From Neovahlkampfia damariscottae (taxonomy: Eukaryota), in assembly GCA_016618085.1 (NCBI GenBank), contig JABLTG010000024.1:62001-126000 (forward strand): a stretch of DNA of 64,000 bases, written 5' to 3'. The notes beneath the pieces are model-generated. The model made no database searches and had not been told where the DNA came from. It worked only from the letters and a program-made list of their open reading frames with translations. The translations under genes were made by a program, and so were the position numbers. Shown one piece after another: positions 11,319 to 22,324 of this stretch; position 1 is the stretch's first letter, and each line of letters opens with the position of its first letter.

Positions 11319-12766
11319 ATGAAAATTGTTGTTTTTCTACTCATGTTGGTGGCACTTGTTGCTTCACAAAACAGAAGAATCTCATGTATCAATAAAGAAA
11401 TGGATCCTGAAACAAACACAGACAAATTCAGAGCTGAAATGGCAAAAGAACTTCGTGCTAAAACAATTAAAGCATTGAACAAACCAAGAGGAATTATTTA
11501 CATTGCTGGTACTGAAGAAGAACTTTCTTTAGAAAGAAAAGTCAAACAAAATCCATTTTTTATTTATTTGACTCAAGTATTCAGACCTAAATTTCAATTA
11601 GTTATCAATATTGAAAACGGTGAATCATTTTTATTTGCTCCTCATATGCCTGAACGTGCAAGAGTATGGGATTATTTTGATCCACCTACCTTATCTCAAA
11701 TGAAACAAAAAGTAAAAAAAAAAAAAATTAAAAAAAATTAGTATGGAATGACTCAAGTCAATTGGAATGTTGACATTCAAAAAATTGTTGACCATATTAA
11801 ACCATCTATTGTATATGCTATGAAAGGTCAAAAATTACCATTCCAAAATAATTACCCACATGATGAAACTTTACTTCATTCAACTATTTCACATGAACGT
11901 GCTGTCAAAACTGAAAAAGAATTAAGAATGATGAAAGTTGCTATTACAACATCTGCACTCGCTCATAACTCAGGTAAGAACTAAAAATTTAACATGTTAA
12001 AAAATTAGTAATGAGAAATGTTAGAGAAGGTTTATATGAATATCAAATGCAATCACATTTTGAATCAAAATGTCAAACATGTGGATTAACATTCCAATCA
12101 TATGCTCCAATTTTTGGTGCATCCAATAGAAGTGCTGTTCTTCATTACATTGAAAACTCAAGAAAAATTCCAACAAAACCAGAATCAAACATCATGTTGG
12201 TAGATGCAGGTGCTGATTATAATGGATATGCAACTGATATTACAAGAAGTTTTCCAGCAAACGGAAAATTCACACAAGATCAAAAAATCATTTATGAAAC
12301 TGTTTTAGATGCTCAAAAAGCAGCAATGAAAACAATAAAAGCAGGATCTTCATGGTCAGATGCATCAAACGCAGCAACTAGAGCTATTTTAGAAGGAATG
12401 AAAACACATGGATTTGTTAAAGGTGATATCAATGCAATGGTTGGTGCAAGAGTTCAATCATTATTCATGATGCATTCACTTGGACATAATTTAGGTTTAT
12501 ATGTTCATGATACAGGTCCTTTAAATATCTTAAAAGAAAATATGGTTGTCACAGTTGAACCTGGTATCTATTTTCATAAATTCCTTTTTGATGGTGCAAC
12601 TCAAGCTCAAAAGAAATTTTTAATTATGGAAAAGATTAACAAGTTTCTCAATTTTGGAGGTATAAGAATTGAAGATGATCTCAGAATCACAAAAAACGGA
12701 TATGAAAATTATAGTGAAGGATCACCAAGAGAAATCAAAGATATTGAAAAATTAATGAATCAATAA
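11319..12766 (+). CDS. Xaa-Pro aminopeptidase/prolidase (peptidase M24B) with signal peptide
   Basis: LHY, LVDAGADYNGYATDITRSFP, HSLGHNLGLYVHD, TVEPGIYF, GGIRIEDD; introns at 11712-11741 and 11974-12008. Confidence 0.93.
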
Positions 12767-12843
12767 ATCATTTTCTATGCTTTTCAGGTTGTTTGTTTCC
12801 TAAAATTGTTGACCAATGAAGTTGGAACTTCATTTTTTTTTCT

Positions 12844-13797
12844 ATGGGCAACACATCTACAACTCAATTGACTCAAGAAGAACAGATTGAACAAGTTGAA
12901 AAAATAAAAATCAATGGAACACCATATTTAAGTTTAACTTCTTCACAAAAAGTAGATGAAAATATTGCTTTGATTTTTGCAAACAATATAAACAACTATG
13001 CACTTTATGTTGACTCATTAAAAAAAAACGTTAATTTTAATGTAAAATGCATTAAAAAAAATTCATTTAATTATTTTGAAATGTCACAAGACATGCAAAA
13101 AAATTTTAAAATAAAATGTGCTGCTGCTCAAAAAATTTCACTGATGAAAATTGATAAAGATTGGTATAATGACAGAGAATTTTTAATATATCTCCTTGGA
13201 AATGTTTATCTAAAGGATGTTCAAAAGGAAAGAATTGATGAAGAAATTTATCACGACGAAGAAGCTTGTTTACAAATTATAAAGGACAATATTGATTTTA
13301 TGAATTTGTACAAAGGTGAAAAATCAGATAAATTTTATAGAAAAGCACTGGAAATTAATCCTTTTATCATTGAAAAATGTCCAGAAAGATTTAAAGATGA
13401 CTATGACATCATGATGAAAGTTCTTGTTCGTTGTGGATTATTATATGCTTATACTTCAGATAGATTAAAAAATAATCTGGATATAATCTTGGAAGCTGTT
13501 AAAGAAAACTCCGATGCGATGTCTCATGTGCCAAAAAAATTCAGAAATGACAAAGTTGTGATGATGGAAGTTGTAAGAAAACAACCAATGGCTTTATACT
13601 ATGCTTCTGAAAAATTAAAGTCAGATTTAGATGTAGTTATACCTGCTGTTCATATGAATTATCAATGCCAAATTTATTTATCTTATGAATTTCGTTCTAC
13701 AACTCCAGTATATTTAGCATCAAGAAGGATGTATTTAGGATTAGTATATGATGAAAAAATTAAAAATTTAGCAAAAATGAACTTTAAATATCAATGA
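12844..13797 (+). CDS. DUF4116-repeat protein, possible N-myristoylation (MGNTS)
   Basis: Repeats of type LKNNLDIILEAVKEN..A...P..FRNDKVVMMEVV..QPMALYYASEKLKSD. Confidence 0.8.
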   Translation: MGNTSTTQLTQEEQIEQVEKIKINGTPYLSLTSSQKVDENIALIFANNINNYALYVDSLKKNVNFNVKCIKKNSFNYFEMSQDMQKNFKIKCAAAQKISLMKIDKDWYNDREFLIYLLGNVYLKDVQKERIDEEIYHDEEACLQIIKDNIDFMNLYKGEKSDKFYRKALEINPFIIEKCPERFKDDYDIMMKVLVRCGLLYAYTSDRLKNNLDIILEAVKENSDAMSHVPKKFRNDKVVMMEVVRKQPMALYYASEKLKSDLDVVIPAVHMNYQCQIYLSYEFRSTTPVYLASRRMYLGLVYDEKIKNLAKMNFKYQ

Positions 13798-13949
13798 ATG
13801 TACTCACAATTTGCAACTTCAAAATTCAATGCACCAATGAAATCATTTCATGGAAAACAATAATTTTTTTTTTTCAGACGATGGAGAATATAAAAGCAAT
13901 TCAATATTGAGTGAACATTGTCCAGAAACTCACACCAAGTTGTTAATCG

Positions 13950-15330
13950 CAAGACTCACCCTTTGATTATTTCGTCTGGACAGGGGTGATGAATTGTTTG
14001 ATGTAGTCAACCTTTCAATTATGGATAGGTGATTACAGAGAAGTATGCTGAGATCTGACGTTGGCAGAAATCAGGGGTAATCTTAGTTACTAAGATTACT
14101 TTTTCCTGAAAACTCTCAAACCTTTTCATCAATTGATCACTTTGCAATTTTTCAAGCATGACAATTTCAATTACTTTTGAATTATTTTTAAAAAATGGAA
14201 ATTTCAAAAAATTGAAAGTTAAGAAAGTTATAAATAGATTTGGTAAACGAATCATTCAACACAACATGGACTTACTCAATAACTGTCTCAAAGTAGACAG
14301 CTCAGGATACACTCAACAAGTAACACGTTCATATTCAATTAAGTTCAACAACATTGTCAAACCATTTGACAACTTGATCAAAAACAACTTTGCTCCTCAA
14401 ACCGTCATTCAAAATTACTTTGCTTTTACCATTCCATTCAAAAGATTACAAAATTTAATTAACTTTCAAAACTCACTCTTTGTTCTTCCTCGAGCATATT
14501 TCAATCACTTGAAGCAGAAGGAGTTGAACTAATGAGAATTGAACTAACATGTTCGACTCAAGATGCTCAAAAACTTTCAGGGTTAACTTCATGGAATGAA
14601 ATAGAATGGAAAAATTTGAATTCAACTGATTTTATTTATTTTGGAAGCGTAACAAATACAAACAGTATCCCAACAAATGTTTTACCAATTCCACTTTATC
14701 AACAAATTCTTGCTCTTTGGTCAAATTCAAAAAACAAACCACCACCTCTTCAAAAGAAAATTATTGAAATGGTTTTTGAAGAATGTTCTAAGAGTTTCTT
14801 CAACTCAAAGTTGTTGGATGAAATCAAAAGAGATTTATTTTACCACTTTCACTTAATTCAAATATGGAAAACATTAAACATGCTCCTATGTTTTTTGGAC
14901 CTCAATTGAATCGTAGTTTTCCATTTTTTTTCAACAGAATTTTAAAAAATGATAAAAAGTTGTTTATTCAGAAACGGATGATTCAATTAAAAATTCAATT
15001 GTGGAGAGTTTCAACAAGACATTAGCAGGTTTATTACAAAAGTGGAGGTTATCAACTGGAAAACATGAATGGTACAAAGTTTTACCAGATACAATTAAAG
15101 AAATTCAAAAAATATATACATGATAAGTTGAAAAGGTTGGAAATAAATTTAAACTCCAGAATTTAGAAACAAAAGAGATTTTAAATAAATTGTACAATCC
15201 AAGAAACATGCTGAAGGTTACAAATGTTGAAGAAATCGAAGAAACAGTAAATAAATCCAAATGGTCAAATGTAGTTGGATATGAAGGTACAACAATAGTT
15301 AGAAGGAGAAATAAAAAAGAAGAAAAATGA
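13950..15330 (+). pseudogene. Fragmented intronless ORF of unknown family
   Basis: Consecutive plus-strand ORF pieces (14158-14532, 14532-14909, and a tail ending at 15330) separated by stops and frameshifts without GT-AG introns. Confidence 0.35.
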
Positions 15331-15354
15331 TAATTCTTCTTATGCAAAGAAATC

Positions 15355-15712
15355 TTATTCTAATTTTTGATTTTCAATAAATTTAACATGTTTGTTAGTT
15401 GTTAAATGTCTTGCTTTGTGATTAGTAGTGTAATGGCCTCCAAATTCACAAAAATCTTGTAGAATTTTTCTCTCTGCATTCAATAATTTTATCCTTGTTT
15501 TGTTCTTTGTGCAATTGACTTTTTTTTTTGGTGATACTCTTTTTTTCCTCCACAATTATGATTTCTAATAAACTCATACACATATCTCGAATTTAATTTA
15601 TTACAAGCTGTTTTATGTGAACATTTTCTTCTTCGAAGATTTTTGTTGATTCGATGTAAAATTCAGTGATATTTGGATCTTCACAACACAATTTATAAAT
15701 ATAACCAAAAAA
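15355..15712 (-). pseudogene. GIY-YIG endonuclease with C-terminal zinc-finger-like motif (copy A)
   Basis: Reconstructed across frameshifts: FGYIYKLCCEDPNITEFYIESTK/NLRRRKCSHKTACN...EFIRNH...CGGKKEYH.../CEFGGHYTTNHKARHLTTNKH. Confidence 0.8.
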
Positions 15713-15985
15713 CTAATAATATAAATTAAAATAATAGTTATAATCCAATTTATCCAGTTGCAACATTTCATGCATCTTGTTGGTTCCTCTTCTTCTTCCT
15801 CCTTTTGTAGTTTTATTTTTTGGTGAACTTACATTTTTTGGTTCAATTCCAGCCACTTTATGTAATAAATGTTTTAATCCAACAGAAAATAGCTTCTTTT
15901 CATCTTTTGTTAAGTCTTTCCATTCATCAACTTTACCACCTTCAATCAAAAGCATAATTACATATTTTGATTTTTTTTCTCTCAT
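15713..15985 (-). CDS. Small hypothetical protein within the viral remnant
   Basis: 90-aa ORF with ATG preceded by TATATAAC, directly downstream of the ATPase in the same orientation. Confidence 0.5.
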   Translation of the reverse strand: MREKKSKYVIMLLIEGGKVDEWKDLTKDEKKLFSVGLKHLLHKVAGIEPKNVSSPKNKTTKGGRRRGTNKMHEMLQLDKLDYNYYFNLYY

Positions 15986-16010
15986 GTTATATAATTGTTG
16001 TAGAAAATAT

Positions 16011-17035
16011 TTATAAAATGTATATTCTACTTTGATACATTATGTATTTTAGGAATAAAGTTGAAACAGTCAACCAACGAGTAGGTAATTTATAAGCTTT
16101 ATCAATTTCATCATTTGACATTCCACAATATGTAAATAATATATAATGGAAGTGATGCTTACTAGTGGCTTTTAAAAATAATGTAATAATTAAACTTCTT
16201 TTAAAATGATTGAAGTATTTTTGTAATCAGTTAATTTATGGTTTGACACAATACAACTAATAAAATGATGTTTACTTTTTTGAAGAATTTGATCACAAAG
16301 AGTTGTGACTTGTTTGAATAGTTTTTTATTAATTATACTATCAATATTATCAAAAATAATTAAAAAGTGATAATTAACTTCTATTGATCTTATTAATTCT
16401 TTTGCTTCAATTAGATTATTTATCAATTCATTTTTTAATAAAACTTTAACAACACCTAATTTATCTATTTTATCATCTTTTAAAGTGTTAAAAAATAACC
16501 AAATTGTTGCATCTAGTTTGATATGTTTATATTTTTTAATTGAGGAAGCCAAATAGATATATTTTTCACTTTTTGAAGGTACAGCCACATATTACCTCCA
16601 AATAACATTTTTATCATTATTAATTCTTGGTAGTTGTTGAATGAAACTATTATAAATAATTATTTCTTTTTGTTTTGTTGGTTTTTCTTTTATTTCAGAT
16701 TTTAATAAGTTGTAAATTATTTGTAAATGTTCATCTTGTGGTTCAATATTTTTAAATAACAATTTGTTTAATAATTTATAATTTTTCAATGTTAATTTGT
16801 ATTTCATACCATATACTTACTTTAATAATTTTCTTAATTCTGTTTTAGTTAAATAATCATAAATATTAATGTTTTTATTTTTATTTTTTGTTTTTTTAAT
16901 TTTTGTTTTTTGGTCAGTGTACGTACAATCTAAGTTGTCATTGTTTAAAAATACTATTTGATTGTCATGTTTTCCACCTTTTATGTAAACTATAAGTTTC
17001 ACTTTGTTGTTTAATTTCTTTCCAATTGTTAACAT
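16011..17035 (-). pseudogene. A32/FtsK-HerA-family DNA packaging ATPase (PLV/virophage-type), multiply disrupted
   Basis: N-terminus IKGGKHDNQIVFL; degenerate Walker A YVAVPSKSEK; Walker B LIIFDNID; ILQKSKHHFISCIVSNH (xRH arginine-finger region); C-terminus TYCGMSNDEIDKAYKLPTRWL...RIYIL*. Confidence 0.78.
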
Positions 17036-17233
17036 TTTATATTATTATGTGAGATTTTTTTCAAATTACAAAAACTTTTATTAAAATTAATATAAAATTT
17101 ACATATTTTGTTGTTTGCATTTTTACAAAAACATTTTTTTTATTTTCAAAAAATAATTTATTTTCAATTTTTACAAACAACAATTTTTGGGATGTTTATT
17201 TAATAATTTATATTTTATTTAGTTATTATATAA

Positions 17234-17741
17234 ATGGCAGATTTAAAACAAAAAATAGAAGAATTAAAACAATATCTACTTTCTGATAGTGAAATTCAAA
17301 AAATAACTAAATATATACTATAAATTTATTAAGAGTTACATAATTATGATACATTAGAGCATTTGTTATATGAACAACGGTTCTGCTATTATTATATATT
17401 TGCAAAACACCCAAGGTAGTTATAAACACTATTGTTACTTAAATAAGATTTCTAACAAAGAAGTTGAAATGATAGATCCATATGGATTGTTTCTTGACAA
17501 ACAATTAAAATTCAGTGATTATAAAGTTAATCGTATGCATAAACAAGAACATACCTATTTAAGTTGGTTAATGTACAATTCACCATATAAATTAAGTTTC
17601 AATTATTACAAATTCCAAAAGAAAAACCCACCTTCTCAGACATGTGGGTTCTGGTGTGCATCGAGGATTAAAAACAAACATTTGTCTTTAATGTTATTAA
17701 TATTGCATTTCAGTTTCATACTGTTTCTTTCCACCACATAG
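17234..17741 (+). pseudogene. Adenain/Ulp1-like cysteine maturation protease (Polinton/PLV/virophage type), disrupted
   Basis: MADLKQKIEELKQYLLSDSEI...(stops/frameshift)...IIIYLQ...YKHYCYL...EMIDPYG...KFQKKNPPSQTCGFWCASR: His, Asp, oxyanion Gln and catalytic Cys in adenain order. Confidence 0.82.
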
Positions 17742-18057
17742 TTCAATGCTTATTTCTCTTGGTTGTTGGGAATTTAATTTTGGTTTTAATTTTTCAAATT
17801 CTTCTCTTTCAAATTTTCTTAATTCATGTTTTTTCGTAAATATAGCATCCTTAAGAACAATCATATCCCAATTTTCAAATCCTCCATTTTTCTTTATAAA
17901 TTGAGAAAGATACAAATTCCGATTTTTATTTTGTGTGTTTTTACAAGAAGCACGATGACATCTTTTTCTTTCATTCACATTTTGTGTTGAACCAATATAA
18001 AACTCACTTACATCTGAATTTTTGCCACAAAGTTTATATATACCCGTTTTTACTCAT
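17697..18057 (-). pseudogene. GIY-YIG endonuclease (copy B), frameshifted near the start and 3'-truncated
   Basis: MSKNGYI/YKLCGKNSDVSEFYIGSTQNVNERKRCHRASCKN...FIKKNGGFENWDM...ERE...LKPKLNSQQP. The frameshift lies in a TA run at ~18035-18042. Confidence 0.85.
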
Positions 18058-18331
18058 TTATACTTTTTTTGGTGAAGAATTCGCTTGCACTGTTCATTCT
18101 ATATTTGAGATTGTTGAGATTGTAAATTCAAAAATTTTCATTCCTCAAGAATCAACAGGGAAAATAAACGTCACTCAAATGAAACAACAAATAAACAAGT
18201 TGGAACAAGAAATTGAAAAAAGAAAGGAAAATCATCCATAGTTGTTTCAATTTATTCAACACTAGAATTTGGAAAAAAAATTGTCAAAAGATTCAATTGG
18301 AATACGTTTGATGCTCCAATGGAATAAATTT

Positions 18332-19971
18332 TTATTCAATCAAATCAATTTGATGATAATTGGATGGATCATGTTCAAAGAAAAATATAGTATCTGAATA
18401 TATCTCGGTTCTTTTTAATTCAATTCCTTCAAACTCTTTCTTTTTTAACAATTGTTGAATAGTAATATCAATTTCCAATATTTGTGGAGATTCACTAATT
18501 TGCACATCAGATGATACATATTTTTTTAAAATCCAAGTTTTGAATATCTTCATTGATAAATTCACCAAAATGCAACAGAATTTGACAAAAAATATAATTG
18601 AAAATAACAAGTACTGTGACAAATAAATACCAAATCCAAAAGAATCCAGTCCTGCAATGTTTTGAATAACGATCATCAAAAATGAAACAATCATTAATAC
18701 TGAAATGATTTCGTTGATACAAAAATTAATCAAGTATGAAATTTTAATAATCCAACTCTTTTTCAGTAATGTGAAAAATTCAAATGAAAATGAGCAGAAT
18801 CCGATTTCCAATCCACCAATCAAAACAATTACAAATATTAAAGTAACCCCTGCGAATACTCTAACATAATAGTTTTCGTTTCCTACATATGAAAATGCCA
18901 AGTATATTGTACCTATAATATTTAATCAAATGGTTGCTAACCAAATAGTATGAACAAAATACTAATTGCTGATGCAGCCAGGGGTTTATTAATTTTGAAT
19001 TTCAAAACTTTGGCATCTTTATATTCTTCTGTAACTTCTGCAATGAAGAATAATATTAATACTTTTGTCATATATATTGAAAAATAGTTTAAAATAAAAC
19101 TTGAGACAAAAAGTTGTTCTCTTTCATATGCATCAATGGAAAGAATAACAATCCCTAAAATACCTGATAAACACATACAAATCACCTCAAGTATCAATGT
19201 TTCTTTAAAAATCCTTCTTAATTTTCTTTCAAAACATAACTTGAAAATATTAAAAATTTGAAAGAACAAAAGTGGAACTGAAAAAAGGAAAGAGCAGCAA
19301 AATGTGAACAAAAAAAAATAAGGTAAATAATATATAAATAAAGGAATCAAGTTCAAATGCAAAAAATCCCTTTGTTTTACATACAAATTCAAGTGTGAAA
19401 GGTAACAAAGTGGTTGTTGGTGAAATATACATGTTGAATTGATACCACAATCATCATTACAATAATCAACATCAAACCATTTGCATGTTTTATATTTTGA
19501 TTCATTTTCGTTTTTCATATGATCACATTTCAAACAATAATCATGCACTGTCAAATGATAGTTTTTCCCATTAAACTCCGGATTATTAACACCATCAGGA
19601 GATAAGAAATAAGGAGTTGTATCATTTTTACAAAAATAATTTTCACAAAAATTGTGGGTATCATGTTTTTCTTTGGCCCAATAAATGTACTTGAAAATGA
19701 TTGATCTCAAATCCAAACAATTGTCAAAGTAATTTGTTGATCTTGGTGTTTCTATAGGTGCATAATATATAGATCTATCATGTATACTGTATTTATGAGA
19801 AAAAACGTTCGTGGTTGGTGCGTATATACTTCATGAAAAAAACAGGTCAGAACGTGTCTTAGAAACTTACTGATAAAATCTACCATTTTGAGAACTGTTC
19901 AACAACTGCAAGCAGTTGATAATATTTACAAGTTGAAATAAAACCAAATAACAAATCAGTTGTTTCTTCAT
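18332..19971 (-). CDS. Signal peptide + Cys-rich ectodomain + multi-TM membrane protein (possible degenerate 7TM-RGS)
   Basis: MKKQLICYLVLFQLVNIINC signal peptide; Cys-rich region; about 7 hydrophobic segments; introns near 19832-19869 and 18911-18941; C-terminal YSDTIFFFE weakly RGS-like. Confidence 0.6.
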
Positions 19972-20164
19972 CTCCGACGGAAAAATCAAAAACCCAAAAA
20001 ATTAAACCAATCATTTCACCAACAGGAGTTTTTCATCGAGTTTTTTTTTAGATTTTCTTTCTGCTCGATGTCCATTGATTTTTTGATTGTAACTGAAAAA
20101 TATTCAATAATTTTCAGAATCTTTTTTTGAATACAGAAGAACGGTTCAACACGGTTAATATTTA

Positions 20165-21141
20165 TTAATTTCTTTGTGAAACAATTTTGGAGAGTTTATC
20201 CATTAAAACTCCCTCAAATTTCGGATCTGCTTTGATCAATCTTGCTAACATTAATTGCATTTCAACTTTAGACAAATCAGTTAATAAAATTCTTGAAGCA
20301 TAATCAGGGTCTAATTTTGCAAATTTTGGCATTTGATAAGAAGACATCATTGAATTATCCATTGATTGTTGACCACCTGAATTTTTTAAATTTTCTTCAT
20401 TTCTAATTCTTTGACGATATTTTTCAGCATCTTCTTTTGAATAATTATTTGAAAAAGATGGTGTTGTTTGTTCAAAACCAGAATTATTAGAAATAAAGTT
20501 AAAAGAAGAATTTGTTTGAATTGGTTGTTCATCTTCACTATCTGAATCACTACTTGATGAATCTTGTTGTTTTTGAGCACCAAAATTAAATCCACTTGTT
20601 GTTGATTTTGTTGGTTTTGTTTGATTACTACCAAAACTAAATCCACTTGTTTTTGATGAACCATAATTTGAATTATATCCTATACCTCTTTTTGTTGAAC
20701 GTGCATAGGTTTCAACTATTTCTTCTTCTTCTTCTTCTTCAGACATTTCATCTTCAGAATAGTATTCTTCTTCTTCTTCTTCTTCTTCTGAGTCTTCTTG
20801 AGGTGGAGGAGCTACTACTGCGATACCAGACATTAATTTTTTAACTTTTGCTTTATCAGGTGCTTTTAATGATTCAACACCCATTATTTCTTTTCCTTGT
20901 CCAACTGATTGTTGAAATTCTTGGACATGTAGTGAACTTTTTTCAAAAGCGGCATATTCCATCCACTTAGGGTAACAATGCCCTTCATATCCTTCTTCAT
21001 AACGGCCAACTCTTAACGCTTTGTTTGGGATTTTATTTCCTGAAATTTTACAAGTAGAACGACCACTTTTGGCATACTCAAATTGATAATCACCTTTATT
21101 TTAATTTAAGAATTTATTTTTTTATTTTTACCGTCGCTCAT
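20165..21141 (-). CDS. PARP-type zinc-finger-like protein with acidic and FG-like low-complexity tail
   Basis: EYAKSGRSTCKISGNKIPNKALRVG (zf-PARP-like); intron ~21095-21131; poly-Glu tract and FSFG/FNFG motifs. Confidence 0.72.
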
Positions 21142-21439
21142 TTGATGATGATTGTTCTCAACGTTTTTTTGTTTGGTTTTTCAAAAAGTTGAATTTATGA
21201 ACCAATAAAACTGATTTCTAAATTTATTCATTCCAATCTTTCGGAATTGTTATTTTTTCGGAATTTGAAGAATTGGAGACTTCAATATTTTTTTGTATTT
21301 TTCACTCCAAAATTGAATTTTCCTATCCAATCGGAGTTGTCCTTAAATCAACGTTCGAAACTATAAATAACTCTGTTCAAAAAAAAAAACGAACATCAAA
21401 AAGTTACCAACACACAGCATACAACCAAGAACAACCAGG

Positions 21440-21754
21440 ATGAAATACCAAGTTCCGAACAAGAAAATAAACAAACCTGCAGCGAGAAACCTTAAAATCA
21501 TAACAAAGACAAAGTCTAGAAAGAATTTATATTCACCTGCAACACCAACTATTTTATCAAAGTTAGACTCACAAGATGTTTTCAAAATAGACATACCTGA
21601 AGACATGATGATTATAGGATCTATTGACCCAAGTTTACAAGGAAAGTTTGGACACATAAAGTCTTATGAAAACGGCGAAGTTACTTTTGAATTACTCTCA
21701 AAGAAAGGATTAGAAACTGTTGGTATTCCAGATTTCTGCTTGATCAAAATATGA
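21440..21754 (+). CDS. Hypothetical protein (104 aa)
   Basis: ATG ORF downstream of a CCAAT (21327); C-terminal half looks beta-rich (KOW/SH3-like, weak). Confidence 0.5.
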   Translation: MKYQVPNKKINKPAARNLKIITKTKSRKNLYSPATPTILSKLDSQDVFKIDIPEDMMIIGSIDPSLQGKFGHIKSYENGEVTFELLSKKGLETVGIPDFCLIKI

Positions 21755-21981
21755 AAATAGAACTAGAATTAAGTTTCTACATTTTAAAATATTTATGTAA
21801 AAAAAACAAAAAACAAAACAAAAAACGAATAAACTATTTATTAAAATTAAATGCTCACTTTTTTTGATGACCATTTCATTAATTTCCAATCACTCAACGT
21901 TTAAAAAATAAGGATTTGAATGAAAACAGGCAGTTAAAATGTTTCTAGAAAATTCCATTACAAACTAAATCTCCAATCTAA

Positions 21982-22063
21982 TCGGGTGTGGTATAGTGGT
22001 AGAATTCAAGACTGTCAAAATAACAGTACTCTTGCGACCCGGGTTCAATTCCCGGCACTCGAG
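21982..22063 (+). tRNA. tRNA-Asp(GTC) with 11-nt intron, copy 2
   Basis: Identical to copy 1 including intron AAATAACAGTA; followed by T runs. Confidence 0.93.
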
Positions 22064-22324
22064 ACCGAAATTTTTTATTTTTTTCAAATTGACAGAAATT
22101 TTTTATTTTTGTTTCTTTATTTGAAAAATTATGTGATCTTAAAATCTGTCATTGAACGAAAAGATAATTTGCCATTTATCTGTTTCTTTTGAAAAATATT
22201 TTGTCCAATCAACATTTTGATTTTGAAAAGTTTTCGGAATTTTTTATTCTTCATATGGAGCGATTTTGGAGACAATTTCAATTTTGTTGAAACTTTTTTT
22301 TTTGGAAGAACGTTGTCCAATCAA

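Larger units (their letters stand above)
15355..18057. mobile_element. Decayed endogenous Polinton-like virus / virophage-like remnant
   Basis: Cluster of intronless, disrupted viral-type genes: A32-like packaging ATPase, adenain-like protease, two GIY-YIG nucleases and a small ORF. Distinct start-site motif; no host CCAAT promoters seen. Confidence 0.8.

Noticed and set aside
15330..18100. Terminal inverted repeats or target-site duplication for the viral remnant
   Set aside because: None found by eye; the boundaries given are approximate.
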